From a virus, in IMG/VR virus record IMGVR_UViG_3300045049_000070, positions 8,412 through 72,411 of that record: DNA of 64,000 bases; one strand, given 5' to 3'. Position 1 is the stretch's first letter; the number at the start of each line of letters is the position of its first letter. Position numbers and translations under genes: made by a program. This document shows positions 18,358 to 27,510 of the stretch, one piece after another. The notes under the pieces were generated by a model. That model searched no databases and had not been told where the DNA came from. It saw nothing but the letters and a program-made list of their open reading frames with translations.

Positions 18358-19108
18358 CCGTATACAAGCGGCTGCTTTATACAGATTGGTCGACAGCATG
18401 CCTTCAGTAACTGTCTACCACGGAACCACTGAGAAAGAAGCCGAAAGAGGACTGAAAAATCCTGATAACCTAAATACAAACTGGGCACAAGGTCTCCTGC
18501 CTCCAAATAGTCATCATCTAACAACTGACTTGAATCTAGCGAAAGGATATGCATCATCTGGTGTTCCTAGAAAATATTTCAAGGAATCAGAGAAGCGAAT
18601 GAATGATGCTATTGATGACGTTCAACGAACAGCTAGAGATTACGAAAAGAAGCTAGGATTGGATCCAGATTCTAAGATGTGGTCCGTGTGGAAAGAACAA
18701 TCTCCACACACCTTTAAGAAGAAATATCCGAATGTATTCAAGCTTGGAGAAGTTGAATACGAGAAGCGTGTCAAGCAGCTAATGAAATTCTCTAAAAGTC
18801 TTTATATAGCTTTCGATGACAAAGTGGAGCAAAAGAAACTTGAAGACGTTCGCGGTCAAGGTGGATATGTTCTATCGTTTACCCTTACTCCAAAGAAGGT
18901 GCTCGCATTTTCAAAACCCTTTGACTCTCTTGACAAGTATGAACTATTTAGTGCCCTTCAGCGAATGAAGGGCAAGTTCCAGTGTATCTATTTTCCCAGT
19001 TCATATTTGCGTCCAGAAAATATGAAAGGTGGTCGTGTCAAGAGAAGTGATTACTATATTGTAGTAGGAACAAAGCTTCTCTCAAATCAGAAGAGAATAG
19101 ACTTATGA
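18347..19108 (+). CDS. ADP-ribosyltransferase-like protein with class I leader
   Basis: MITNRIQA; VYHGT ... HLTTDLNLAKGYA ... GYVLSF. Confidence 0.5.
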   Translation: MITNRIQAAALYRLVDSMPSVTVYHGTTEKEAERGLKNPDNLNTNWAQGLLPPNSHHLTTDLNLAKGYASSGVPRKYFKESEKRMNDAIDDVQRTARDYEKKLGLDPDSKMWSVWKEQSPHTFKKKYPNVFKLGEVEYEKRVKQLMKFSKSLYIAFDDKVEQKKLEDVRGQGGYVLSFTLTPKKVLAFSKPFDSLDKYELFSALQRMKGKFQCIYFPSSYLRPENMKGGRVKRSDYYIVVGTKLLSNQKRIDL

Positions 19109-19755
19109 CGATCACCAATCGAATCGTTGCTGTCCCGAAAGAAGCTAATCCAAACAGCAAAGAGTGGAAAGCCGGATACTCTGCCGGTCGCAATGGGAAG
19201 AGTAGCAAATCACCTCACGTAAAAGGCACTCAAAAGGAAATCGACTGGACGGATGGATGGATAACTGGTGATCATGAACGTAATAGTCCACCTCCAAAAT
19301 CAACTAAGGATGTTTTGGGATATTCGATACAAGATCGCTTAGAACGTTTACGACAACGTCGTGGGGATCCTCCAGATGTCTGGTACACGCATGAAACAGC
19401 GGTTCCGTCCAAAAGCGTTTACTACGTTCTCAGACGATTATTCAAGACACTATTTCCACACGGAGGAGCTGGCGACGTTCCGCCGTATGGAACAAACATA
19501 TGTCATGGGCGAGTGGCAGAAGCAATCAAACGTAGGAACTACAATCCAGAAGACAAAATCTGGCTGTATGGCGCGTCTGGTGGTGATGTCATGCATTCGG
19601 TCCTGACAGACGAACATAATCGAGTGATCCTCGATCCTTGGGCTGGAAGCGGAAACGCTTTTGGTGGACGAGATGGTTATGGCAAACCCGGTGACATGCT
19701 TGACTGTTTATGGGTCGAAACAGTGGCCGGACTTCAAGACGAATTTGGTATTTAA
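19105..19755 (+). CDS. class I leader protein with RMF-like module
   Basis: MTITNRIVA; WKAGYSAG..G....SPH......DWTDGW..G. Confidence 0.6.
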   Translation: MTITNRIVAVPKEANPNSKEWKAGYSAGRNGKSSKSPHVKGTQKEIDWTDGWITGDHERNSPPPKSTKDVLGYSIQDRLERLRQRRGDPPDVWYTHETAVPSKSVYYVLRRLFKTLFPHGGAGDVPPYGTNICHGRVAEAIKRRNYNPEDKIWLYGASGGDVMHSVLTDEHNRVILDPWAGSGNAFGGRDGYGKPGDMLDCLWVETVAGLQDEFGI

Positions 19756-19770
19756 CACATAGGAGCTATC

Positions 19771-19905
19771 ATGTTTTCAACAGTTTTGATTTTTGTTGCT
19801 GGTGTCGTGTTTGCAGCCTTCTTTCCAAAAGCTACTCAATGGGCACACGATAAGGCCGTTGCCACATTCACTGCGTTAAAGAGTCTGTTCGCTAAGAAGC
19901 AATAA
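19771..19905 (+). CDS. small membrane protein (44 aa, not in ORF track)
   Basis: AGGAG RBS; MFSTVLIFVAGVVFAAFFPK... Confidence 0.65.
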   Translation: MFSTVLIFVAGVVFAAFFPKATQWAHDKAVATFTALKSLFAKKQ

Positions 19906-19906
19906 T

Positions 19907-20218
19907 ATGGCAATCTCAGAACGTATAACGTCAGCTATTGGAATAACTCCTGAACAGAAGCAGATACAAACCAAGTTCCTGACGTTGCTGAAGCGTAGTA
20001 ATAGAGGGATCAAGGCAGAACAAGCAGGTAGTGTTTGGGAGGTCTACTACACTTCGAAAGACCACAGCATCACCTTTGGTGACGACTTGCTGAAGTTCTC
20101 GGTAAAGAACGGTATAACCATATCAATCATAAAAGACTCTACTGTAATCAAACTCAGTGCGATCTTCTCTATGGATAGAAACCAAATGCAAGAGCTTATA
20201 GATAACATCAGTGACTAA
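19907..20218 (+). CDS. hypothetical protein with class I-like leader
   Basis: MAISERITSA. Confidence 0.7.
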   Translation: MAISERITSAIGITPEQKQIQTKFLTLLKRSNRGIKAEQAGSVWEVYYTSKDHSITFGDDLLKFSVKNGITISIIKDSTVIKLSAIFSMDRNQMQELIDNISD

Positions 20219-20539
20219 ATGCAGTTCCGACGCGGCAAGAATGGTGTGACGCGTATAGTGCGTGATACATACCGAAAGAAGTACGCACCGACAGTCGGCG
20301 GTAAGAAAGTAACTGAAGATTGGTGGACACTCAAACAGCGTGTTCTTAAACGAGATGGATACAGATGTCGTCAATGCAACGTAAAACACGGTTCAGATGA
20401 TCCACAAAAACCTGGATCAAAGATCTGGCTAGACGTACATCATATACGTGAGTTGTCGCGTGGTGGAACTACGACGATGGCTAATCTAATTTCTTTATGT
20501 CGACGTTGTCACCAAACACGTCACTCCCATCACTTCTAA
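20219..20539 (+). CDS. HNH endonuclease
   Basis: RDGYRCRQC, DVHHI, GG..NL..LCRRCH...H. Confidence 0.88.
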   Translation: MQFRRGKNGVTRIVRDTYRKKYAPTVGGKKVTEDWWTLKQRVLKRDGYRCRQCNVKHGSDDPQKPGSKIWLDVHHIRELSRGGTTTMANLISLCRRCHQTRHSHHF

Positions 20540-20549
20540 AGGACGAAAT

Positions 20550-21008
20550 ATGGGCATCGTAGTTCTAACAGGGGCCGCAGCTCGCGGTCATATGGATCAC
20601 AGACCAGATTTGCCGACCACTAATGAGCCACGAATGCTCATTCATTGGGATGGTGTTGCAAATCGAAAAGTCAATTCAAACTTGGCTGATGGCGTATGCT
20701 GGCTCAATCCGCAAGCACTTATCCGTTATGGACTGGTTAATATGGGTCTGCAATTCCACTCGTTGAACAGTGGGGCAGGAACGATCAAGATTGAAGGATC
20801 GATGAGTCCTGGTGAATTTGCTGACCGTCTAAAAGACAGTTCAGATGCGTGGTCGAATGCGGTAATATCTAAGGAAGCGAATAATTTTGCGACAATTTCT
20901 GCCGCGCTAGCGAGTGGAGCGTCCGTAAATTCGACAATTATTTATACGTTGCTCCGAATTACGTTCCCAGTCGGAACACCATGCAGTTTGTCCATCACTT
21001 CGATGTAA
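20550..21008 (+). CDS. hypothetical, possible structural protein
   Basis: AAGGA RBS, 152 aa. Confidence 0.7.
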   Translation: MGIVVLTGAAARGHMDHRPDLPTTNEPRMLIHWDGVANRKVNSNLADGVCWLNPQALIRYGLVNMGLQFHSLNSGAGTIKIEGSMSPGEFADRLKDSSDAWSNAVISKEANNFATISAALASGASVNSTIIYTLLRITFPVGTPCSLSITSM

Positions 21009-21016
21009 GACGACCG

Positions 21017-21025
21017 TAATTTGAT
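21017..21025 (+). promoter_or_regulatory. candidate phage late promoter TAATTTGAT
   Basis: recurrent intergenic 9-mer. Confidence 0.55.
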
Positions 21026-21077
21026 TACGTACCCTAGAGGTCGCTGCCCACCAATTCAATTTGCCCGGAGATCGAAT

Positions 21078-21611
21078 ATGTCCCAACCTTCGGAGCAGTT
21101 CTTGGACGTCACTGTCCAGGCACAGTCTCCGCCAGACGTTGAACAAAACGATGATGTAACTCTTGAAGATATCATCACAGCTTTTCTAGACGTCAATCCA
21201 ACTCCCTCAGACGATCAAATACATACGTTGGCTGCGCTTCTGAACGTTCCCTTTGAGGATTTTGAAGCCGTTATCTATAAGATGTTTTCGCGCTACGTGA
21301 AAGATCCAGAATCTTACGCCGTAGACGATGCAATTAACGGATTAACCCAACGAGATGGACCAGAAGACGATCCGGTAGAAAACCTACTCGTTTGCTTCTT
21401 TTCCTACCATCCGGATCCAACAGATGTTGAGATCCACCAGCTCTCGGGGTTGATCGATATGACGCCCGAAGAACTGGAAGAAATTCTGTATGCGATGCTA
21501 TCAGAGATCAACGACGATCAGGAAGCAGAAATAGCATCAGATGAAATAGCTACTGAACCGTGTGAGCAAGATGAGTTCCCGTACCAGAACGATCAGCTCC
21601 ATACACCGTGA
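21078..21611 (+). CDS. acidic protein with two homeodomain-like helical repeats
   Basis: FLDVNPTPSDDQIHTLA and FFSYHPDPTDVEIHQLS repeats; GGAG RBS. Confidence 0.7.
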   Translation: MSQPSEQFLDVTVQAQSPPDVEQNDDVTLEDIITAFLDVNPTPSDDQIHTLAALLNVPFEDFEAVIYKMFSRYVKDPESYAVDDAINGLTQRDGPEDDPVENLLVCFFSYHPDPTDVEIHQLSGLIDMTPEELEEILYAMLSEINDDQEAEIASDEIATEPCEQDEFPYQNDQLHTP

Positions 21612-21628
21612 AATGCAAAGGATTTATC

Positions 21629-22459
21629 ATGTCTCAAGATACATATCGCCTGTTTGATCTGGACAAAGTTGCTGCTCAACTGTCCCGCTTTACTGTAAAC
21701 GTCCACGACTACAAAATGCTGAGCCCAACAGTTGCTCGTGTGATTTTGTCGTACACAGGAACGGTCCCAACACAAGAACAAATGCGTCAAGAAATTGCTG
21801 CTCTGTTCGACAACAACGCATCGGCTGTAGCCGGATCCTTCCGCCAACTGACAACGGCTGGTGACGTGAAGAGCGCAGTTGGCTTTGTCAAGATGAGTCG
21901 CGAAGTGCGTCCTTTCGGCGACGAAGAAGTGAAGGCTGCGGCTGATACTCACAAGGTAATGGCATCTAACCTGCTGATGAATAAAGCAGATGGTTCCATG
22001 TGGGAAATCAAGAGCGGTGCGATGGGCAAATATCTAGCCAAGCAAACTGGGGACGATCTGCGTGAGCTTATCCATCTAGCTCACGCTTCGGTCGGCGGCC
22101 TACCGCGATTCAGTTCGATTGCCAGCCTTGCCAGCATGACGCAACCGAAAGAATTCGCAGCATACGTTGACCTGAACGCTGAAGAAGTGCTGCATGGTTT
22201 TGTAATCGAGTCATCCGCCGACAAGATCAAGATCTTGGCCAAAGAAACTGACGAAGTAGTTGAAGTAGCTGCCGATCAGTTGGTCCAAGTGCAAGATTTG
22301 GAAGGTGAGGAAAAGGCTGCTATTACCGCCAGCCCGGAAATGCAAAACTTCAGCCAAGACGCTGCTGGCATGGTTGCCTATTACCGTCTGGCATATCGCT
22401 ACTCTCCTGATTACATTCAGAAGATTATCGACATAATCGGTCAACACTCTTTCGCGTAA
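21629..22459 (+). CDS. hypothetical protein, probable virion component
   Basis: AAGGA RBS; followed by terminator. Confidence 0.75.
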   Translation: MSQDTYRLFDLDKVAAQLSRFTVNVHDYKMLSPTVARVILSYTGTVPTQEQMRQEIAALFDNNASAVAGSFRQLTTAGDVKSAVGFVKMSREVRPFGDEEVKAAADTHKVMASNLLMNKADGSMWEIKSGAMGKYLAKQTGDDLRELIHLAHASVGGLPRFSSIASLASMTQPKEFAAYVDLNAEEVLHGFVIESSADKIKILAKETDEVVEVAADQLVQVQDLEGEEKAAITASPEMQNFSQDAAGMVAYYRLAYRYSPDYIQKIIDIIGQHSFA

Positions 22460-22473
22460 GGCTAACGCGGTTC

Positions 22474-22512
22474 AAACGGGAGCCTGTCCACCACGGATAG
22501 AGCTCCCGTTTT
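22474..22512 (+). terminator. intrinsic terminator
   Basis: AAACGGGAGC...GCTCCCGTTTT. Confidence 0.8.
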
Positions 22513-22529
22513 CGTTCCAAGGACACATC

Positions 22530-22886
22530 ATGGCAATCACAAACAAAGTCACTGCAAAGCCTTCGCAGGAAACTGCTCTCAGTTGGGCAGATATGGCGAA
22601 AACGGTTAACACTGTCGTTAATGAACTCCGCGCGGGCGGAGTCAAGTTGAAGAAAGAGAATGAACCTGTACGCGGGCCTTCTTACTACAGACAGTTCTAT
22701 ATCTGCTTGTCAGGTGAGGAATCGATTCCAAAAATCTTGAAAGCACGTGGATTCAAGACTGATAAACTTGGGACGATGGGAAAGCGAGTAGGCTCGTATG
22801 GAGTGGCTGTAGACTACGATCCCAACGATAACATGATTGAAATCGTCATTACAGATTTCGACGGTCCACAAGAAGAACCTTTCTGA
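22530..22886 (+). CDS. hypothetical protein with class I leader
   Basis: MAITNKVTA. Confidence 0.75.
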   Translation: MAITNKVTAKPSQETALSWADMAKTVNTVVNELRAGGVKLKKENEPVRGPSYYRQFYICLSGEESIPKILKARGFKTDKLGTMGKRVGSYGVAVDYDPNDNMIEIVITDFDGPQEEPF

Positions 22887-22888
22887 TC

Positions 22889-23110
22889 ATGGCAATCAAG
22901 AACCGTATTCAAGCTACTCCAGGCGAGCTCACTGGATGGTTCTTGCCTGTAGACAGTGTTAGCGACATCCAACGTGAACGCATTACAGAATTCGTAAGGC
23001 GAGCAAAGGGTGCTCACTTCATCAACATCTTGATGCGTATCGACGGTCAAGACGAGAATATTGAGGCCGACTGGCTCAGTCGTCTCGATCCAAGTACTTC
23101 CATCGTATAA
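22889..23110 (+). CDS. class I leader protein, paralog A
   Basis: MAIKNRIQA; similar to 23400-23624. Confidence 0.75.
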   Translation: MAIKNRIQATPGELTGWFLPVDSVSDIQRERITEFVRRAKGAHFINILMRIDGQDENIEADWLSRLDPSTSIV

Positions 23111-23136
23111 ACCACCGTGCAGTAGAGTGGACGATC

Positions 23137-23400
23137 ATGCAACGCCTCCAACCAAACGGCAGACTGTGGAACTTCGTTATCGCAGTAGACCAGTTGATAG
23201 CCACATGGTTTGGAGCGTGGCCTGACGAGACATTGAGCAGTTATGCTTGGCGTCTTGAGCGTGCTGGTGACCCCGAAGGTCACTACTGGCGTGTACAGAT
23301 CGACGACATCTTTGAGCATTTGTTTGGTGTACGGGATCATTGTGAAAACGCACATGCAAGTCACATGATACGTAATTCCATCCCTCCTGAGGAGCGCTAA
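23137..23400 (+). CDS. small phage protein (DQL...G.PDETLSS type)
   Basis: IAVDQL..GAWPDETLSSYAWR..DHC motif seen in many phage proteins. Confidence 0.7.
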   Translation: MQRLQPNGRLWNFVIAVDQLIATWFGAWPDETLSSYAWRLERAGDPEGHYWRVQIDDIFEHLFGVRDHCENAHASHMIRNSIPPEER

Positions 23401-23624
23401 TGGCGATCAAGAACAGAATTCAAGCCAGTACCAGGATTAAGGGCTGGTTTCTAAAAGCAACAGATGATCAAGAGTACGCGCAGCGAATTAACTCGATCAT
23501 CAACTGGTTGAAGGGTGCACACTTCATTGATCTTGCGGTTCGAATCAATGGGAAAGATGAACGAGAACAAGGCGATTGGGTCAAGTACCTAGAGCCAGTG
23601 TTTGGAGAAGAAGATGTCACTTAA
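23400..23624 (+). CDS. class I leader protein, paralog B
   Basis: MAIKNRIQA; GWFL, KGAHFI, RIxGxDE, DW shared with 22889. Confidence 0.75.
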   Translation: MAIKNRIQASTRIKGWFLKATDDQEYAQRINSIINWLKGAHFIDLAVRINGKDEREQGDWVKYLEPVFGEEDVT

Positions 23625-24075
23625 GAAAGTAGAAGCAGCACAAATTAGCGCGGCCGGGATTATCTTTGTGCATGATGGACAGTTCTTGTTAATCATGCGT
23701 GCGCGTGATGTTGTCTCTCCATCTGTGTGGTGCGGAGCTGGTGGAAAGATCGAACCGGGCGAAACACCGGAACAGGCCGCCATACGCGAGTCTGAGGAAG
23801 AAATTGGGTTTCCATCTGATTTGCCAATGGAACTGATTCCGCTATATGTGTTCAATAGCGACAGTCTGGTATTTCATAACTATATCGGATGGCTAAAGGG
23901 TGACCGATTTGACCCTAAGCTGAATTGGGAGTCAGATGGATGGGCATGGTTCACGATGGAGAATCTGCCACAGAATGGATTACACTTCGGCTTTCAGGCT
24001 ATACTGTCTGATCCAATGGCAGCGTCCTTGTTGAACAGAACTATTGAAGGTTCCGTACTAAAGAGAGCAGAATGA
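23614..24075 (+). CDS. NUDIX hydrolase
   Basis: Nudix box GGKIEPGETPEQAAIRESEEEIG. Confidence 0.92.
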   Translation: MSLKKVEAAQISAAGIIFVHDGQFLLIMRARDVVSPSVWCGAGGKIEPGETPEQAAIRESEEEIGFPSDLPMELIPLYVFNSDSLVFHNYIGWLKGDRFDPKLNWESDGWAWFTMENLPQNGLHFGFQAILSDPMAASLLNRTIEGSVLKRAE

Positions 24076-24305
24076 TGCCCATCTCAAATAGAGTCGAAGC
24101 TGTAGGCGAATCTCCAGAAGAAACAAAGGAGTGGGAAGCCATCGCCAAGTTTGTGGCGCGCGGCAAAGGAAGTGCCGTCAAGGACAAAGGCAAGAAAGTA
24201 ATGTCTACGTATGACAGACTTCCAAAGTCAAATCCCACTATTCACGAGATCGAAGTTAATGGAACTCGATACGCCATTGTGAAAATCATCAGTCTGAGTA
24301 ACTAA
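24072..24305 (+). CDS. hypothetical protein with class I leader
   Basis: MMPISNRVEA. Confidence 0.7.
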   Translation: MMPISNRVEAVGESPEETKEWEAIAKFVARGKGSAVKDKGKKVMSTYDRLPKSNPTIHEIEVNGTRYAIVKIISLSN

Positions 24306-24318
24306 GCACTAAAGCATC

Positions 24319-24705
24319 ATGACTATAACAAATCGCATAACGGCATCTCCAGCAACGCTGGAAGAACGTACCAACATTCCAAACGATCCGATTAGTGTTG
24401 CTCGTGCTCATTGGTTTATCGCTCATTTCCAGAACGGTCTTGAACGACAACTTCATTTGGCTTTCGATCCGTCCTTGACCGGACACGACAGAATCGTGTT
24501 CAAGAGGAAAGGAAATCAGCTGAACGCTGAATCGATTGTGGCATGGCTAGAACATGCGGGGCTGAAGTTTCGTCCTGCCCGTATGAGCGTCGGAATCCCA
24601 TATGCCATGATAAGCGATCGCCAATCTATCGACGGCCAATACATCTACTTCTCTGTCACATACTATGCAACACAAGGCACAGTGACTGTCTCGTGCCAAT
24701 GGTGA
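24319..24705 (+). CDS. hypothetical protein with class I leader
   Basis: MTITNRITA. Confidence 0.72.
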   Translation: MTITNRITASPATLEERTNIPNDPISVARAHWFIAHFQNGLERQLHLAFDPSLTGHDRIVFKRKGNQLNAESIVAWLEHAGLKFRPARMSVGIPYAMISDRQSIDGQYIYFSVTYYATQGTVTVSCQW

Positions 24706-24712
24706 GCGATGT

Positions 24713-24829
24713 ATGGAAAACAAGCCTGAACACGAGTATGATATTGAGCTGTTAATCATACTGTTCATAGAATGGCTAGCTCTGATGTGGGAGATTGTTG
24801 GTCCTGCATTCACGTTCACATTCCAATAA
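24713..24829 (+). CDS. possible small membrane protein (38 aa)
   Basis: fills intergenic gap; one hydrophobic stretch. Confidence 0.35.
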   Translation: MENKPEHEYDIELLIILFIEWLALMWEIVGPAFTFTFQ

Positions 24830-24849
24830 AGAAAGATAAAGGTTAAACA

Positions 24850-25698
24850 ATGAAGATGCGTAACGTCGGTCCTAAGAAGATCACGCAATCGCTGCTAGAA
24901 GGTCCTGCTCGTAGGAAGAAACGTACTAAAGATGGCGTAACAGAATATGAAAATGGAGATCGAACGTATAAGGTTCTGGCACGTAAAGATCCTGATGACT
25001 TGTCTCCAGAAGAGGAACGGACGTTAAAGAAGTTACGTCGTGAGCGTAAAGAACGCAGAAAGAAGCGTGAGCACGAGGCAATGCTCAAAGGGCAAGCTGA
25101 AGACAACAGGTTTGATAAGCGCCTCAAGGGGAAAGAAAAGAAGATCAGCAAGAGCAGAGAGCTAGTGGTCCAATCTGGTGTACTAGATCTGACTGAAAAA
25201 GACAAGCGACGCATTGCCAAACAAACTGAATCGTTCTTTGGAGGCAAAAGCTCCAAGATCATGGAGATGCTCGAGATGGGTGACTCTGATGGTGGTATCA
25301 CCATTCTGAAGAAAACCTTATTGATGACCATCATTCGTGTGTTGCCTATGTCTGAACAGATTCTTTCAGCTTCAGGTACAGAAAAAGGCACGTACCAATT
25401 TGTCACTTTAGTGAGCCAAATGCGTGAGCTGATGGCCGACATACAGGCTGACAAGGACAAGCAGTACATTGCTCAATCGATCACCGAACAGATCCTACGG
25501 CCTGCATTTATGAACTTGGCGCAGGAAATGATCAATCAGCATCACGACTTCCGTAAACGTAGCGATATGTTCGTTGTGCCGGAAAAGTCTAGTAGGTTTA
25601 GTCAAGAGCTAATGGAACTAGGTAAGTCTCTAGCCAGTTCTATGCAAGTCGAATATAGAGACGTAAGTGCCAAGATCAACGAAGCACTTAAAAACTAA
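24850..25698 (+). CDS. hypothetical protein, basic N-half, helical C-half
   Basis: 282 aa; AAGG RBS. Confidence 0.8.
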   Translation: MKMRNVGPKKITQSLLEGPARRKKRTKDGVTEYENGDRTYKVLARKDPDDLSPEEERTLKKLRRERKERRKKREHEAMLKGQAEDNRFDKRLKGKEKKISKSRELVVQSGVLDLTEKDKRRIAKQTESFFGGKSSKIMEMLEMGDSDGGITILKKTLLMTIIRVLPMSEQILSASGTEKGTYQFVTLVSQMRELMADIQADKDKQYIAQSITEQILRPAFMNLAQEMINQHHDFRKRSDMFVVPEKSSRFSQELMELGKSLASSMQVEYRDVSAKINEALKN

Positions 25699-25706
25699 GG
25701 ACTATC

Positions 25707-25955
25707 ATGTCACGTTTAGCAGTTGGATCAGCGATTCGCCAAGGACTGGAATACATTGGAGATTTCTTTGGCATCCTTATAATGGGATGGCCAGTCGTAC
25801 TGATCATTACGGTGCTATTTGCACTTTTCGGATTTATTGGCTGGATCTTCTGGGGGACTGTTCTAAGTGCTTGGCTTCTGTGGAGCGCAGGCATTGGATT
25901 CGTGATCTCCATGTTTCTCTGTGCTCTTATTTTCGCTCAAGGTAATATTCAATAA
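25707..25955 (+). CDS. membrane protein
   Basis: mostly hydrophobic; AAGGA RBS. Confidence 0.7.
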   Translation: MSRLAVGSAIRQGLEYIGDFFGILIMGWPVVLIITVLFALFGFIGWIFWGTVLSAWLLWSAGIGFVISMFLCALIFAQGNIQ

Positions 25956-25963
25956 GGAACAAC

Positions 25964-26434
25964 ATGTCTGCACTCGTAACCGATCCTACCGACCCACGTC
26001 TTGGCCATGGCGAAGACAAAGAACGTGTCCCGCAGAACGCCGCTTATCTCGTTCTGAGTGATGAAGAAAGGGCCAAGGGCTTCGTGCGTCCTGTGCGCCA
26101 AACTTACAAGCACGTTGGTCTGAAACCACCGGGAACCCTTCGTGACTTGACAGACGAAGAGAAGGAACGCCACAAGCAGTGGGGTTATGTCAAGTTTGAG
26201 CCCAACCCAAATTATCCTGAGAAGAGCTCGGTGATCGGTACATACTGGACTCAGGAACGCTTAGACAAGGCAGGTAAGGGCTGTCAGACGACTACGACCA
26301 TGAGTCGGTCAATCGCAGAAACTTATGCACGCGATCCTCACTTCTATGGGTCTACATATTGCTGCACGTGTCAACGTCACATAGCTGTCGCAGAATTTGT
26401 ATGGGATGGAACTGACGAACGGGTAGGTAGCTAA
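25964..26434 (+). CDS. hypothetical protein with Cys/His cluster
   Basis: YKH..C..TYCCTC..H; AAGGA RBS. Confidence 0.75.
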   Translation: MSALVTDPTDPRLGHGEDKERVPQNAAYLVLSDEERAKGFVRPVRQTYKHVGLKPPGTLRDLTDEEKERHKQWGYVKFEPNPNYPEKSSVIGTYWTQERLDKAGKGCQTTTTMSRSIAETYARDPHFYGSTYCCTCQRHIAVAEFVWDGTDERVGS

Positions 26435-26435
26435 A

Positions 26436-26768
26436 ATGATTGGGAATGCCTCTGATCTTTTCATGTTCTTGAACGCCGTTCTTTCGCCATATGTTCTAGA
26501 GCTAATAATTTCGTTCTATATCCTTCTAATGGTAGACTGGAAACAGACGCTGGACATATCAGAACACTCAGACAAATGGTGGGAGCGCAATCCGATTTTG
26601 GGTCGTCATCCAAGTAAGCTAAGAGTTAACACATGGTTCACCTTCTGCTTTGTAGTCGATACCCTCATTTTGTGGCACTGGCCAGAACAACGAACCAAGA
26701 TTGCTGTTCCTCTGTTATTTGAACTCTGGTGTGTGATAAACAACCTAAGACTCGGTATCAAACCATGA
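26436..26768 (+). CDS. membrane protein
   Basis: hydrophobic segments, WERNPILG motif. Confidence 0.65.
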   Translation: MIGNASDLFMFLNAVLSPYVLELIISFYILLMVDWKQTLDISEHSDKWWERNPILGRHPSKLRVNTWFTFCFVVDTLILWHWPEQRTKIAVPLLFELWCVINNLRLGIKP

Positions 26769-27466
26769 CTATGTATCAAAAACCATGGCCTCGTCAAATT
26801 AAGTGCTGCTTCTTAGAAGCAACGACTATAGAAGAACAACGTTTGCGCCGATATACCAACAACTATGGAGAGTGTCCCGATATCAATAACAATGGTCTTC
26901 ATCAAAACTGGGTTAAGATCGGTGAAATAGAAAACGATGGTCGTGACGAAGAGAAACGTCGTGAAGATCACAGCTTAGGCAACGGCGTAAATCACGATGT
27001 TGAACCGGGTCAAATTTACCCGGTTTCGTACGACGATCCACGATGGCCATCTCATTGCACTTGCGGATTCAAGTTTCCTGACGAGGTAGTACGTCAGTAC
27101 TTCCCAGAGAGGATGTATCGCGTGCAAGGAACTGATACACTAGTTACGCTTCGTAACGCACCTGCCGGAGCAATGTGGTATGCTACTTGGCTCGAAAAGT
27201 ACGATGCATATAAAGGACCGGATGGCAGATGTTTGATTGTCAAACTTCCAAATGGAAATGATTGGACGATCGATAGTCGAGCCTCCAACTGCACATTGCC
27301 TAACGATACTGTTCACAAATGCTGGATACGTCATGGGACACCTCCGAACATAACCGTGGACAAAAACGGCTTCACGTGTGCTGCGGGTGCTGGATCGATT
27401 CTTAGTGGTCAGGGTGATCGTCATTATCATGGATTTCTCATAAATGGTGAGCTTCGAGAATGCTAG
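26765..27466 (+). CDS. hypothetical Cys/His-rich protein
   Basis: ATGA coupling; HCTC, HKCW, YHGFL..G. Confidence 0.7.
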   Translation: MTMYQKPWPRQIKCCFLEATTIEEQRLRRYTNNYGECPDINNNGLHQNWVKIGEIENDGRDEEKRREDHSLGNGVNHDVEPGQIYPVSYDDPRWPSHCTCGFKFPDEVVRQYFPERMYRVQGTDTLVTLRNAPAGAMWYATWLEKYDAYKGPDGRCLIVKLPNGNDWTIDSRASNCTLPNDTVHKCWIRHGTPPNITVDKNGFTCAAGAGSILSGQGDRHYHGFLINGELREC

Positions 27467-27510
27467 AACTTGAAGATTCTTGAGGAATGGTTTCTTAGAG
27501 GAGTGTTGAA

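Noticed and set aside
20219-20539. HNH gene as an intron-borne homing element
   Set aside because: It is a short free-standing HNH with no interrupted host gene or intron structure visible.
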